A stretch of DNA of 64,000 nt, taken from Pelagibacterales bacterium SAG-MED31. Its GTDB lineage: Bacteria; Pseudomonadota; Alphaproteobacteria; HIMB59; GCA-002718135. A program made the translations under genes and the position numbers. This document shows, piece by piece, positions 50,464 to 63,292 of this stretch. The stretch's first letter is position 1. Each line of letters begins with the position of its first letter. The DNA is taken from positions 4,525-68,524 of the forward strand of contig JACWEB010000001.1 in the NCBI GenBank assembly GCA_014653715.1, read 5' to 3'. Under the pieces are notes generated by a model. That model was not told the origin of the DNA, made no database searches, and saw only the letters and a program-made list of their open reading frames with translations.

Positions 50464-51810
50464 ATGTTAGAATATTTTAAATTTGATTTAAAGAGAATAT
50501 CACTAATAATTTTATATTTGCTTCCAATTTCTCTTTTAACTGGGCCAGCTATACCTGATATTTCGATAACATTAATCTCTATTTTATTTTTATCCTATTC
50601 CTTTATCAATAAGGACATAAAATGGTTGAAAGAAACTTGGGTAATTGCTGGACTCGCCTTTTGGATAAGTCTTCTATTGCTTAGCTTTTTTTCGATAAAT
50701 AAATATGAATCATTTCAAAATGCTTTTATTTTCATAAGATATATTGTTTTTGCAATAGCAATATCCAATTGGCTAATAAATGATAAAAAAAGTTTAGAAT
50801 TCTTTTTAAAAATACTAACTATATCAATTATTTTTATTTTATTAGATTGTTTGTTACAATTTGTAAACTACAATTCAATAGAAGGATATGGTGAAGATAT
50901 TTTTGGTTTTACTTCCACACATTATGGAAGGTTATCAGGTCCATTTAATGATGATGTTCCAGGCTCACACATCTCTAGGTTTATATTCTTTATTATTTTA
51001 TTGTTTATAATTTCAAAAAAAAATATTTTTTTTAATAATTACAGTTTTATCATTACAATATCTTCTATTTTATTTATCATTTGGTTAAGTGGTGAAGCAA
51101 TGGCCTTAGCTACAACAGTTTTGGGTTTTGTAATATATGTAATTTTTATTAAAAGAAAAAAAAATTTAGTAATAATTGCTGCCTTGGTTGCATTTTTAAT
51201 GATTCTAGTAACTAATAAATTTCACATAAGTAATTACGATTATAAAATTATATCATCAACGCCTTACCATCACGGACTAATAATGAATAAATTTGGAAAA
51301 TGTTCAAATGTAGAAAATAAAATGTGCTCAAAATTAGTTAAAACTAACCCAGCATTTTCCAAAGTAATTAGAAACTTTGATAAATCAATTTACTTTCAAA
51401 TATATAGAGATGCGATTAATATGTGGAGTGATAATAAATTTACAGGTGTTGGCTTAAGTAACTTTGAGCAAGCTTGTAAAGAAAACAAAAAATATAGATC
51501 AAAAAAAATAAATTATGGTGCGTGTAGTGCTCATCCACATAATATTTATATTCAATTTTTAGCTGAAACTGGGCTAATTGGTTTATTATTTTTTTCCTTA
51601 TTTATATTTTCCATACTTTTTAATATTTTGAAAAATTTTAATTCAGAATTTAACAAGTTGAGTTTTATAAATTTATGTATTTTATTTTGGCCAATTATGT
51701 CAACAGGAAGTCTACTCAAGAATTGGTATGGTATTGAAGTTTTTTTAGTTATTGGTCTACTTATATCAATTACAAAAATAAACTTATTTAATTCCAACTC
51801 TAAATTTTAA
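50464..51810 (+). CDS. O-antigen ligase / Wzy_C-family polytopic membrane protein
   Basis: 448 aa with about 10-12 TM helices. Wzy_C-type periplasmic loop motif SAHPHNIYIQFLAETGLIGLLFF. Confidence 0.7.
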   Translation: MLEYFKFDLKRISLIILYLLPISLLTGPAIPDISITLISILFLSYSFINKDIKWLKETWVIAGLAFWISLLLLSFFSINKYESFQNAFIFIRYIVFAIAISNWLINDKKSLEFFLKILTISIIFILLDCLLQFVNYNSIEGYGEDIFGFTSTHYGRLSGPFNDDVPGSHISRFIFFIILLFIISKKNIFFNNYSFIITISSILFIIWLSGEAMALATTVLGFVIYVIFIKRKKNLVIIAALVAFLMILVTNKFHISNYDYKIISSTPYHHGLIMNKFGKCSNVENKMCSKLVKTNPAFSKVIRNFDKSIYFQIYRDAINMWSDNKFTGVGLSNFEQACKENKKYRSKKINYGACSAHPHNIYIQFLAETGLIGLLFFSLFIFSILFNILKNFNSEFNKLSFINLCILFWPIMSTGSLLKNWYGIEVFLVIGLLISITKINLFNSNSKF

Positions 51811-52491
51811 TATTTCTATTATTGAAGGATAATTATAATATTTATTTAAATTTTTTTTAAATTTTATATTGACCTCAGAATGATCAATAATTGAGTTGAT
51901 TATAAAATTATATGATTTTTTAGACAAGAAAATTTTCTTATATATAGAGAGTAAAGTTTCTTTATCCGATAATGAAATATATTTTTTATTTATTAATTGA
52001 CCTTTATCAATAAATTTATCAATCTTGTGAAAAGTCAAACAAGCCTCTCTTATTTTATTTTTCATTAAAAAAAAAGGTATTAAAACTCCTCTAAAAGAAG
52101 GCAGGTCTCCTGGATGAAAGTTAAAAATTGGCACTTTTATTTCTTTAATAGTATTGTCACTTATTATTTGAGGGCAGTTAATACAGATTATAATATCTAC
52201 ATTAAGTTGATTTACTAAATTTATTAAATCTTGAGAATTAATATTTTTAACTAACCTGCTTTTAAAAATAGTTTTTTTTTGCAAAATTGAATTTAAAAAT
52301 AATAAGGTTAGATTTATAAAATCTTTAAAACTTAATAATATTAAAATTTTAATTTTTTTAATAAAAGAGTTTTTTTCTTTAAAAAAGAAAACTTTTTTTA
52401 GATCAATTCTTGAGTCTAATGAAATTTTTTTTAACAAAGGAATTGTAATAAAAACATCGTTCGTTGAAAAAACTGCTATTTTAGTTTTCAT
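51784..52491 (-). CDS. Formyltransferase-family protein (sugar N-formyltransferase-like)
   Basis: 235 aa. DIIICINCPQIIS...IFNFHPGDLPSFRG...HKIDKFIDKGQLI corresponds to the Formyl_trans_N catalytic His/Asp and the SLLP-type motif. It has no Fmt C-terminal tRNA-binding domain. Confidence 0.65.
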   Translation of the reverse strand: MKTKIAVFSTNDVFITIPLLKKISLDSRIDLKKVFFFKEKNSFIKKIKILILLSFKDFINLTLLFLNSILQKKTIFKSRLVKNINSQDLINLVNQLNVDIIICINCPQIISDNTIKEIKVPIFNFHPGDLPSFRGVLIPFFLMKNKIREACLTFHKIDKFIDKGQLINKKYISLSDKETLLSIYKKIFLSKKSYNFIINSIIDHSEVNIKFKKNLNKYYNYPSIIEILKFRVGIK

Positions 52492-52591
52492 TTAATTGGT
52501 TTTTAATCTATTATTGAAAAAATTAAAATATATTAAATAAATTAAAGAAAAATTTATAAATATATTTTAATGTGGAAATAATAATGTTGTT

Positions 52592-53635
52592 ATGATTGAA
52601 ACTTTAATAGTTGGCAGTGGATTTTCAGCATTATGTTCATATTTGCTTCTAAAAGAGTCTAATTTAAAAATACTAGATTGTACTAGAATTAAAAATGAAA
52701 CAAAACTTATAAGAAGAGATAATTTAAATATTAACAAATTTTTTTCAGATAATTCTATTTCATATGGAAATTTTCACTATGAACTCAATTCAAAAACTAA
52801 AATACATGACAGATTAATTAGTGGGGGAAATACAAATATATGGGGTGGTTTTATTGATATCAAAGAAGTATCAGAAAATTATATAAAAATTTTAAAGGAG
52901 CATTCAATTACTTTTCATAATCTAGATCTAGATATTAATGGATATAAAACAAATAATTCATCAATTAGACAATTAAGAGATAAGGATAATAATATTTTAA
53001 ATTCTAAGAAATTTTTAAAAAATTGTATAAGTGGTTATTTATATTCATTTAAAGTTGAAAAAGATAAAATTGTTACGCAAATATTTAATGAAAAAGAAAA
53101 TAAATTTACTTTTCTAAATACAAAAAAAATTATCTTAGCAGTTGGATTTCCACAATTAATTGATCTTTTATTTAGATCAGGATTTCTAGATGGTCTTAAG
53201 ACACTTTCTATGAATGAATATAATCATAGATTTATTCTAAATTTTAGTAAAAAGTTAAACAATTTGAATATTGGTGATTGTGTAATTAAATATGATTTAA
53301 TAAGATCTATAAAACATTTTTTGGGTTACCAAAATTCACTAGATAAAATTAAATTTCCATTTCCAATTTATATTGATCAATTTTTTGCTAATAATAAAAA
53401 ATTTCTTGAATTAAAATTGAATTGTAGTTTAAAAAAAATTATTCAACCAGAAAATAATTTAAAATTTGGGGACTCAATTCATTATTGTAATTTATTTATA
53501 GATAATATGAATATAAATGATTATTTATTAAATATATCTAAAAATATTATTGGAATTGGCATGCCTTTTTTGGAACAAAAAAAACCAGGTCCAATTTCTA
53601 ATGATATAATGAATGATACGTATATGAAAGTTTAA
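52592..53635 (+). CDS. Hypothetical protein with an N-terminal dinucleotide-binding motif; weakly GMC-oxidoreductase-like
   Basis: 347 aa. LIVGSGFSA (GxGxxA), GGNTNIWGG and KKIILAVGFPQLIDLLFRSG resemble GMC/FAD motifs, but the protein is much shorter than GMC enzymes. Recognition is by eye only. Confidence 0.35.
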   Translation: MIETLIVGSGFSALCSYLLLKESNLKILDCTRIKNETKLIRRDNLNINKFFSDNSISYGNFHYELNSKTKIHDRLISGGNTNIWGGFIDIKEVSENYIKILKEHSITFHNLDLDINGYKTNNSSIRQLRDKDNNILNSKKFLKNCISGYLYSFKVEKDKIVTQIFNEKENKFTFLNTKKIILAVGFPQLIDLLFRSGFLDGLKTLSMNEYNHRFILNFSKKLNNLNIGDCVIKYDLIRSIKHFLGYQNSLDKIKFPFPIYIDQFFANNKKFLELKLNCSLKKIIQPENNLKFGDSIHYCNLFIDNMNINDYLLNISKNIIGIGMPFLEQKKPGPISNDIMNDTYMKV

Positions 53636-53646
53636 AAAATAAATTT

Positions 53647-54888
53647 ATGAGACCTTTAGCAAGACAAAAGATTTATAATTTTTCTCTTTTTAAAAATTTT
53701 ATTGACTTCATAACTTTTGGATTACTGAACGTAAATAAATCCAAAGAATTAAATAGGTATTTAAAAATGTTCTTTAATACTAAAAATATTATCTGCCTTA
53801 ATAGGGGAAGAATAGGGGCATATCTTGCAGTGAAAGCTTCTATTAAAAAAGATAAAAATAAAGTTATAATGTCTCCTTTTACAATATTTGATTTAGTTAA
53901 TATGGTATTATGCGCAGGAGGCATACCTGTTTTTAGTGATGTAGAAAAAAAAAGCATAACAATAAATATAGAAAATATAATTAAAGTTTATGATAATAGT
54001 GTTGCAGCAATTATTATTACCCATACGCATTTATTAAATTCTGATATTGAACAAATAAAAGATTTTGCTCAAAAAAAAAATATTATATTAATCGAAGATT
54101 GTGCAATTAGTTTTGGAACAAAAATTAACAATAAACTTGTTGGAACTATTGGGGATATTAGTTTTTTCAGCTTTGGAGTATTTAAATTTATTAGTTCATT
54201 AAATGGGGGAATGATTTTAGCAAAAGATAAGAAAATATTTAATAAAATATGTATAGCAAATGAAGATTTTAAAAAAATAGATTTAAAAATAATTATTAAA
54301 AATTATTTTAAATGTATATTTATATCATTTACTACTAATAATTTTATTTTCAAATATTTTTCAAGCACAATTATTAAGTTTGGACTTCTAAATAATATTA
54401 AATTTATAAATAATTTTAGTAAAAATGACCCAAAACCTTTTTTGCAAAAAAAACTTCCTGATAATTATAAAAAAAGAATCTCAAATTCTCAATCTTCAAG
54501 AATTTTAAAACAATTACCAAATTTTTTAGATGATTTTAAAATTAGAATTAAACATGCTCAGCTTTATTATAACAATCTTAAGGATATTGATGAAATAATA
54601 ATACCTGATTTCGAAGAGTCACAATGCAATGGATGGATAAATTACCCAATTTTTTACAAAAATAGAGATAATTTGTTAAAATATTTATTTCAAAATAATA
54701 GAGATATAGCAATTTACTTTTATAGAGATTGTAACCAGTTAGAAATTTTTAAAGAATACAAAAATTATAATCTTAAAAATATAGCTGAAGTAGTAAAAGA
54801 GATAATAATACTCCCAACTTATCCAAGATATAATGAACAACAAGTTATAATGAATATAAAATTAATAAGAAAATATTTTAAGAAATGA
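53647..54888 (+). CDS. DegT/DnrJ/EryC1/StrS-family PLP-dependent sugar aminotransferase
   Basis: 413 aa with VIMSPFTIFDLVNMVLCAGGIPVF, IIEDCAISFG, and SFFSFGVFKFISSLNGGMI (PLP-lysine region). Confidence 0.75.
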   Translation: MRPLARQKIYNFSLFKNFIDFITFGLLNVNKSKELNRYLKMFFNTKNIICLNRGRIGAYLAVKASIKKDKNKVIMSPFTIFDLVNMVLCAGGIPVFSDVEKKSITINIENIIKVYDNSVAAIIITHTHLLNSDIEQIKDFAQKKNIILIEDCAISFGTKINNKLVGTIGDISFFSFGVFKFISSLNGGMILAKDKKIFNKICIANEDFKKIDLKIIIKNYFKCIFISFTTNNFIFKYFSSTIIKFGLLNNIKFINNFSKNDPKPFLQKKLPDNYKKRISNSQSSRILKQLPNFLDDFKIRIKHAQLYYNNLKDIDEIIIPDFEESQCNGWINYPIFYKNRDNLLKYLFQNNRDIAIYFYRDCNQLEIFKEYKNYNLKNIAEVVKEIIILPTYPRYNEQQVIMNIKLIRKYFKK

Positions 54889-55808
54889 AAAAAAATTTAG
54901 CAATATTTACAGAAAATTTATCCAAAATTTATAATAAAAAAAATAATAAGGTTAAAGCTTTGGAAAATTTTTCAATAAATATACCTAATGGTTGTATTTA
55001 TGGATTACTTGGTCCGAATGGTGCAGGTAAATCAACATTTATTAATATTATTGCTGGTTTAGTTAAAAAGAATTCTGGAAGAGTAAACATCACAGGAATC
55101 GACCTAGATAAAAATCCAATTGAGATTAGGAAGAAAATTGGCGTAGTTCCACAGGAGTTGAATATCGATCCCTTTTTTACTCCTTATGAACTCTTGGAGC
55201 TACAAGCAGGCTTATATGGGGTAAAAAAACAAGATAGAAAAACAATTCAAATTTTAAAAAATATGCAATTAATTGATAAAAAAAATGCCTATGCTAGGAA
55301 TTTATCAGGCGGAATGAGAAGGAGGTTGTTAATTGCTAAAGCCCTTGTTCATAATCCAGATATTATTTTTTTGGATGAACCAACAGCAGGAGTAGATGTT
55401 GAGCTAAGAATGAATTTATGGGAATATATAAAAAGTTTATGTAAGCAAGGCAAAACTATATGTCTTACTACTCACTATTTAGAAGAAGCTGAAAAGTTAT
55501 GTGATTATATTACAATAATAGATAATGGGAAAAAAATAATAGAAGATAAAAAAGATAACTTATTAAATCTTTTTACTAAAAGAATAGTAGAGTTTGAGAT
55601 TGAATGTAAAATAGTTAATTTTCCAATTAATTTAAAAAAATATTTAAAAAATCAAAATCATAACAAATTAACATTAGAATACGATAAGAAAGAAATAAAT
55701 CTAAGTGAAATTATTAAAATATTGAACGACTATAAAATTTTATTTTCTGAATTAAAAACTTTTGATGAAGATTTAGAGAGTATTTTTTTGAAAATAACCT
55801 CTGATTAA
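54885..55808 (+). CDS. ABC-2-type transporter ATP-binding protein (no adjacent permease)
   Basis: 307 aa with GPNGAGKST, LSGGMRRRLLIAKAL and IFLDEPTAGVD. ATGA overlap with the aminotransferase gene. Confidence 0.85.
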   Translation: MKKNLAIFTENLSKIYNKKNNKVKALENFSINIPNGCIYGLLGPNGAGKSTFINIIAGLVKKNSGRVNITGIDLDKNPIEIRKKIGVVPQELNIDPFFTPYELLELQAGLYGVKKQDRKTIQILKNMQLIDKKNAYARNLSGGMRRRLLIAKALVHNPDIIFLDEPTAGVDVELRMNLWEYIKSLCKQGKTICLTTHYLEEAEKLCDYITIIDNGKKIIEDKKDNLLNLFTKRIVEFEIECKIVNFPINLKKYLKNQNHNKLTLEYDKKEINLSEIIKILNDYKILFSELKTFDEDLESIFLKITSD

Positions 55809-56839
55809 ACAAAGAAGTTCAAAAATTTATTACTTCTTTTATTGGTATTTCTAAAAAATTTTTTTGTAAGCCATAAGCTAAAAAAATAAAATAATAATAT
55901 GGGATATATTCTCCCGTTTCCACTACTAAACAAGCTTCCTAAATATATAAAAAAGAAAACTATAGAAAGTGCAAACAATTTTCTATGCATTGCATTAACT
56001 AAACCTACAAAAGCAAAAACTATTGTTATCATTATCTTGCCAATACCCAAACCAAAAAAACTACCTATAAATGTCATAAAAATAAGAGAATATAACATTG
56101 ATATTTGCGTATAAATATCATTTAGAAAAAATCTTGTTTTAATCAAAAAATAGTAACTTAGAATTCCATCAATTATTGTAATTTTTTTTCCTTCTTCGAT
56201 TGAGCGCTCAACATAGCTTATTCCAGTTTCATAAATATTAACTTTTTTCGATGAAATTTGAGAACTTATATCAATTTCATGACCAAAACCATTCAATGAT
56301 AAATTTAAAGACTTTAATAAATTATTTTCTATTATTTTTGTTCCACTATGTAGGTCTGATATGGATTGGTTAAATAATACATTAAATATCCAAGTGTTAA
56401 TTCTTACTGCTATATCATTAAAGAAATGTCTTCTAAGCTGCAACTTTCCACCAATATATCGAGAACCAAAAAGAGCTTTTATTTCTTTATTTTCATTTTT
56501 ATTTACAATGTAAAATAGTTCCAATGCATCACTTGGATCATATTCAAGATCTGAGTCAATAAATATAGTATAATCTCCTTCAATTTTTTCTATACCTTTT
56601 CTAACTGCATAGCCTTTTCCATAATTTTTTTTTAAGAGAATTAACTCAAAATTCTTTTTATTAAAAGTTTTACTCAGGTTATCAGATAACCATTTAGCAG
56701 TACCATCTTTTGAGCCATCATCAACAAATATATATTTTACTTTTAAATCTTTAAAGGATTCGTAAATTTTATTAACAAACTTGCCTATTATTTTGATCTC
56801 ATTATAAACTGGTATGATTATTGAAAAAGAAGATCTCAT
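55805..56839 (-). CDS. GT2 polyprenyl-phosphate glycosyltransferase (ArnC/GtrB/DPM1-like) with a C-terminal multi-TM extension
   Basis: 344 aa with SIIIPVYNE, VDDGSKDGT and DSDLEYDP (DxD), then about 4 TM helices. Confidence 0.75.
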   Translation of the reverse strand: MRSSFSIIIPVYNEIKIIGKFVNKIYESFKDLKVKYIFVDDGSKDGTAKWLSDNLSKTFNKKNFELILLKKNYGKGYAVRKGIEKIEGDYTIFIDSDLEYDPSDALELFYIVNKNENKEIKALFGSRYIGGKLQLRRHFFNDIAVRINTWIFNVLFNQSISDLHSGTKIIENNLLKSLNLSLNGFGHEIDISSQISSKKVNIYETGISYVERSIEEGKKITIIDGILSYYFLIKTRFFLNDIYTQISMLYSLIFMTFIGSFFGLGIGKIMITIVFAFVGLVNAMHRKLFALSIVFFFIYLGSLFSSGNGRIYPILLFYFFSLWLTKKFFRNTNKRSNKFLNFFV

Positions 56840-57366
56840 TATTCTCTAGGAGCATGCTTGTTAAGTATTCTTTGCAATGTTCTTCTATGCATTCTTAGTC
56901 TTCTAGCTGTTTCCGAAACATTTCTATTACACTGAACAAATACTCTTTGAATATGTTCCCATCTAATTCTATCGGCTGTCATAGGGTTTTCTGGAGGAGG
57001 GGGTAGAACTTCCTTGGAATTAGTCAGGGCGTCATATATTTGATCTACTTCTGCAGGTTTTGGAAGATAATCTATTGCTCCTGATTTTATTGCTGCAACG
57101 GCAGTAGCAATATTACCATATCCAGTAAGTAACAAAGATCTGGTTGATGGACTTTTATTTTGTATTTTTTTAATAAGCTCTAAACCTGATCCATCAGATA
57201 GTCTCATATCAACAATAGCATAGTCATAATTTTTAGACATAATAATTTCAGATGCCATAGAAAAAGACTCAGCTGACACAACTTCAAACCCTTTTTTCTC
57301 CATAGATCTAGACAACCTTTCCCTAAAAGGCAAATCATCATCTACAACTAATAATGTTTTATTCAT
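56839..57366 (-). CDS. regA: Redox response regulator RegA/PrrA/ActR
   Basis: 175 aa with a receiver domain and the highly conserved Fis-type HTH NVSETARRLRMHRRTLQRIL. Confidence 0.92.
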   Translation of the reverse strand: MNKTLLVVDDDLPFRERLSRSMEKKGFEVVSAESFSMASEIIMSKNYDYAIVDMRLSDGSGLELIKKIQNKSPSTRSLLLTGYGNIATAVAAIKSGAIDYLPKPAEVDQIYDALTNSKEVLPPPPENPMTADRIRWEHIQRVFVQCNRNVSETARRLRMHRRTLQRILNKHAPRE

Positions 57367-58589
57367 TTTTTTAAAATAGATCCTTTTAAAAAAATTTCAA
57401 CAACTGCATTACCACTTGAAGAATTATAGAAATATATTCTCCCACCTACATTTTCTATTAAATTTTTGGCTATAAATATACCTAAACCCATTCCTTTTTT
57501 AGTTTTAGTAATATATGGTTCTCCCAGCTTATCAAGGATCTCTCTTGAAAAACCATTACCATCATCTGTAATCTTTACTGATAATTCATTTGACTCTAAA
57601 ATAATGTTAACTAAAACTTTATTTATTGAATGTTGTATTGCATTTTGAATAATATTACTAAAAGCATAATTAATTTCATCTTTGTATAAAATAGTTAAAT
57701 CTCTATTAGTTTTTTCAAAATTAATATGAAGTGCTTTAGTTGTATTAAATTTTTCAAAACTTAACTTCAACAAATCTTCAATTTTAATCTTTTCAAAAAA
57801 ATTATCTTTTAATAAATATGGATTTTTTGAAAGACTTAATAATATATCACTACATCTTTTTGCTTGTGATTTAAGTAATGTAACATCTTTTAGTAAGTTT
57901 TTATTTTGTATTAATACTTCTTCTTTCAATAAATCGTTTAGTATTAAAAAAATTGTATTTAATGGTGTGCTTAATTCATGAACTGCTGCAGCACTTAAAG
58001 ATCCAATTTCAGTTATTTTTCTTTGGTTATTTAATTGAAGTTTTATCTCTGATAGAGCTTTAGATATTTTTCTAGAAGAGCTAGCAAACAGATAAGCATA
58101 AACGGCAATAAATATTATTGTTACAATCAATGATATTAATAAGCCATTATTATATAATTTTGGGATAATAAAATCGTTTTTCCAATTTAAAGAAATAAAA
58201 AAATATTTGATTATTATTACAAGAAAAATCGAATACGCAGATAAAAAAACAGTCCATAATGATTTTAAATATGTTGCAGAAATAATAACTGGAGCCAAAA
58301 CTAATATAGAGAAAGGATTAAGTATACCGCCATTAAGAAATAACAAAATTCCAAGTTGAGTTGTGTCAAATAATAGGAAAAAAAATACTTTTTTATCAGA
58401 GATTTTATCTTTTTTTTGAAAAAAAAAAGCTCCAAGATTTATAAGAACTGAAAATAAAATAACTAATATACACTCAACTAATAATAATTTAATTTCTAGT
58501 ATTGTATGAACAAAAAATATTGCAGTAAATTGTCCAAATATAGCTATCCATCGAATTTTAATTAAATTTGTAAGTAATATAGTATTCAC
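57363..58589 (-). CDS. regB: Redox sensor histidine kinase RegB/PrrB/ActS
   Basis: 408 aa with six N-terminal TM helices, the H-box SAAAVHELSTPL, a conserved Cys-containing redox box (AKRCSDIL) and the G-box GMGLGIFIA. Confidence 0.88.
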   Translation of the reverse strand: MNTILLTNLIKIRWIAIFGQFTAIFFVHTILEIKLLLVECILVILFSVLINLGAFFFQKKDKISDKKVFFFLLFDTTQLGILLFLNGGILNPFSILVLAPVIISATYLKSLWTVFLSAYSIFLVIIIKYFFISLNWKNDFIIPKLYNNGLLISLIVTIIFIAVYAYLFASSSRKISKALSEIKLQLNNQRKITEIGSLSAAAVHELSTPLNTIFLILNDLLKEEVLIQNKNLLKDVTLLKSQAKRCSDILLSLSKNPYLLKDNFFEKIKIEDLLKLSFEKFNTTKALHINFEKTNRDLTILYKDEINYAFSNIIQNAIQHSINKVLVNIILESNELSVKITDDGNGFSREILDKLGEPYITKTKKGMGLGIFIAKNLIENVGGRIYFYNSSSGNAVVEIFLKGSILKK

Positions 58590-58601
58590 TAAGTAAAATA
58601 T

Positions 58602-62149
<3,548 letters not shown>

Positions 62150-62152
62150 GAA

Positions 62153-63268
62153 TTAAACTCTCATTGGCATTAAAACATATATTAAATCAGGATTAGATTT
62201 TTCTTTCGCAATTATGGGAGATGAATTGTCCATAAAAGAAATTTGTATTTCATTTTCTTTTAGATTATCTAGTATATCCATAATATATTTTGCATTAAAA
62301 CCAATCTCAATTTCCTTACCTTCATAATGAGCTTCAATATCTTCTGTCGCACTACTGTTATCAATATTAAAGGTACTCAAATTTACCAAGTTTTTTAATA
62401 GTTTAAATTTTATTACTGGAGATTTTTCATTTACAATTGTACTTACCCTATCAACTGCAGAAAGAAGATTTAATCTATTAACGTGTAATATTTCATTATT
62501 ATTTTTAGGAATAACTCTTTTGTAGTCTGGGAAAGTACCATCTATAAGTTTGGATATAAAAACTAATTTTCCTATATAAAAAATAATTTTATTTGAGCTA
62601 ATTTCAATTTGCAGATCTTCAGAATTTTCTGATAAAAGTTTATATAATTCATTTATCGTTTTTTTTGGGATGATAACTCCATTAACATCATCTGATTTTG
62701 AAGAATTTGAGATAGAAAATTTAGCTAATCTATGTCCATCTGTTCCAACAAAAGTTAACATACTTTTTCCATTTTCATTATTAATGCTAAAATATAAACC
62801 ATTTAGAAAATATCTTGTTTCTTCATTTGATATCGCAAATTTAGTTTTATCTATCAAATTAAAAATATTTTCAGCTTTTGTTATTAATTTATTACCTTCA
62901 ATTTTGGATTCAATTAATGGAAACTCTTCTTTTGGTAAACAGGCTAAAGAAAATTTTGAAACTCCAGATCTTAAAGTTAATATTTTACCATCATTAGAAA
63001 TAATTTCTATTTTACTATTATCATTTAGTTTCTTTATTATATCGTATATGAGCTGAGCGTTAATTGTTGTCGCTCCTTCTTCAATTACTTCACAATTTAT
63101 ATTTTCTTTTATTGAAATATCCATGTCAGTCGAAGACATGATTAGCTCATTATTTTTAGCTTCAATAAGGATATTTGATAATATAGGCAGTACATTTCTT
63201 TTATCTACAATACTTTGTAAATGGCTAAGTGATTTAAAAATAGTTTTTTTTTCAATTAAAAACTTCAT
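62153..63268 (-). CDS. dnaN: DNA polymerase III beta sliding clamp
   Basis: 371 aa. MKFLIEKKTIFKSL... and the C-terminal LMPMRV. dnaA-dnaN-recF-gyrB synteny. Confidence 0.96.
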   Translation of the reverse strand: MKFLIEKKTIFKSLSHLQSIVDKRNVLPILSNILIEAKNNELIMSSTDMDISIKENINCEVIEEGATTINAQLIYDIIKKLNDNSKIEIISNDGKILTLRSGVSKFSLACLPKEEFPLIESKIEGNKLITKAENIFNLIDKTKFAISNEETRYFLNGLYFSINNENGKSMLTFVGTDGHRLAKFSISNSSKSDDVNGVIIPKKTINELYKLLSENSEDLQIEISSNKIIFYIGKLVFISKLIDGTFPDYKRVIPKNNNEILHVNRLNLLSAVDRVSTIVNEKSPVIKFKLLKNLVNLSTFNIDNSSATEDIEAHYEGKEIEIGFNAKYIMDILDNLKENEIQISFMDNSSPIIAKEKSNPDLIYVLMPMRV

Positions 63269-63292
63269 TTAATAAATATAAATAAATTTATA

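Noticed and set aside
63269-63292. Search for oriC between dnaA and dnaN or elsewhere in the window.
   Set aside because: The dnaA-dnaN spacer is only 24 nt with no DnaA boxes. The region upstream of dnaA lies outside the window.
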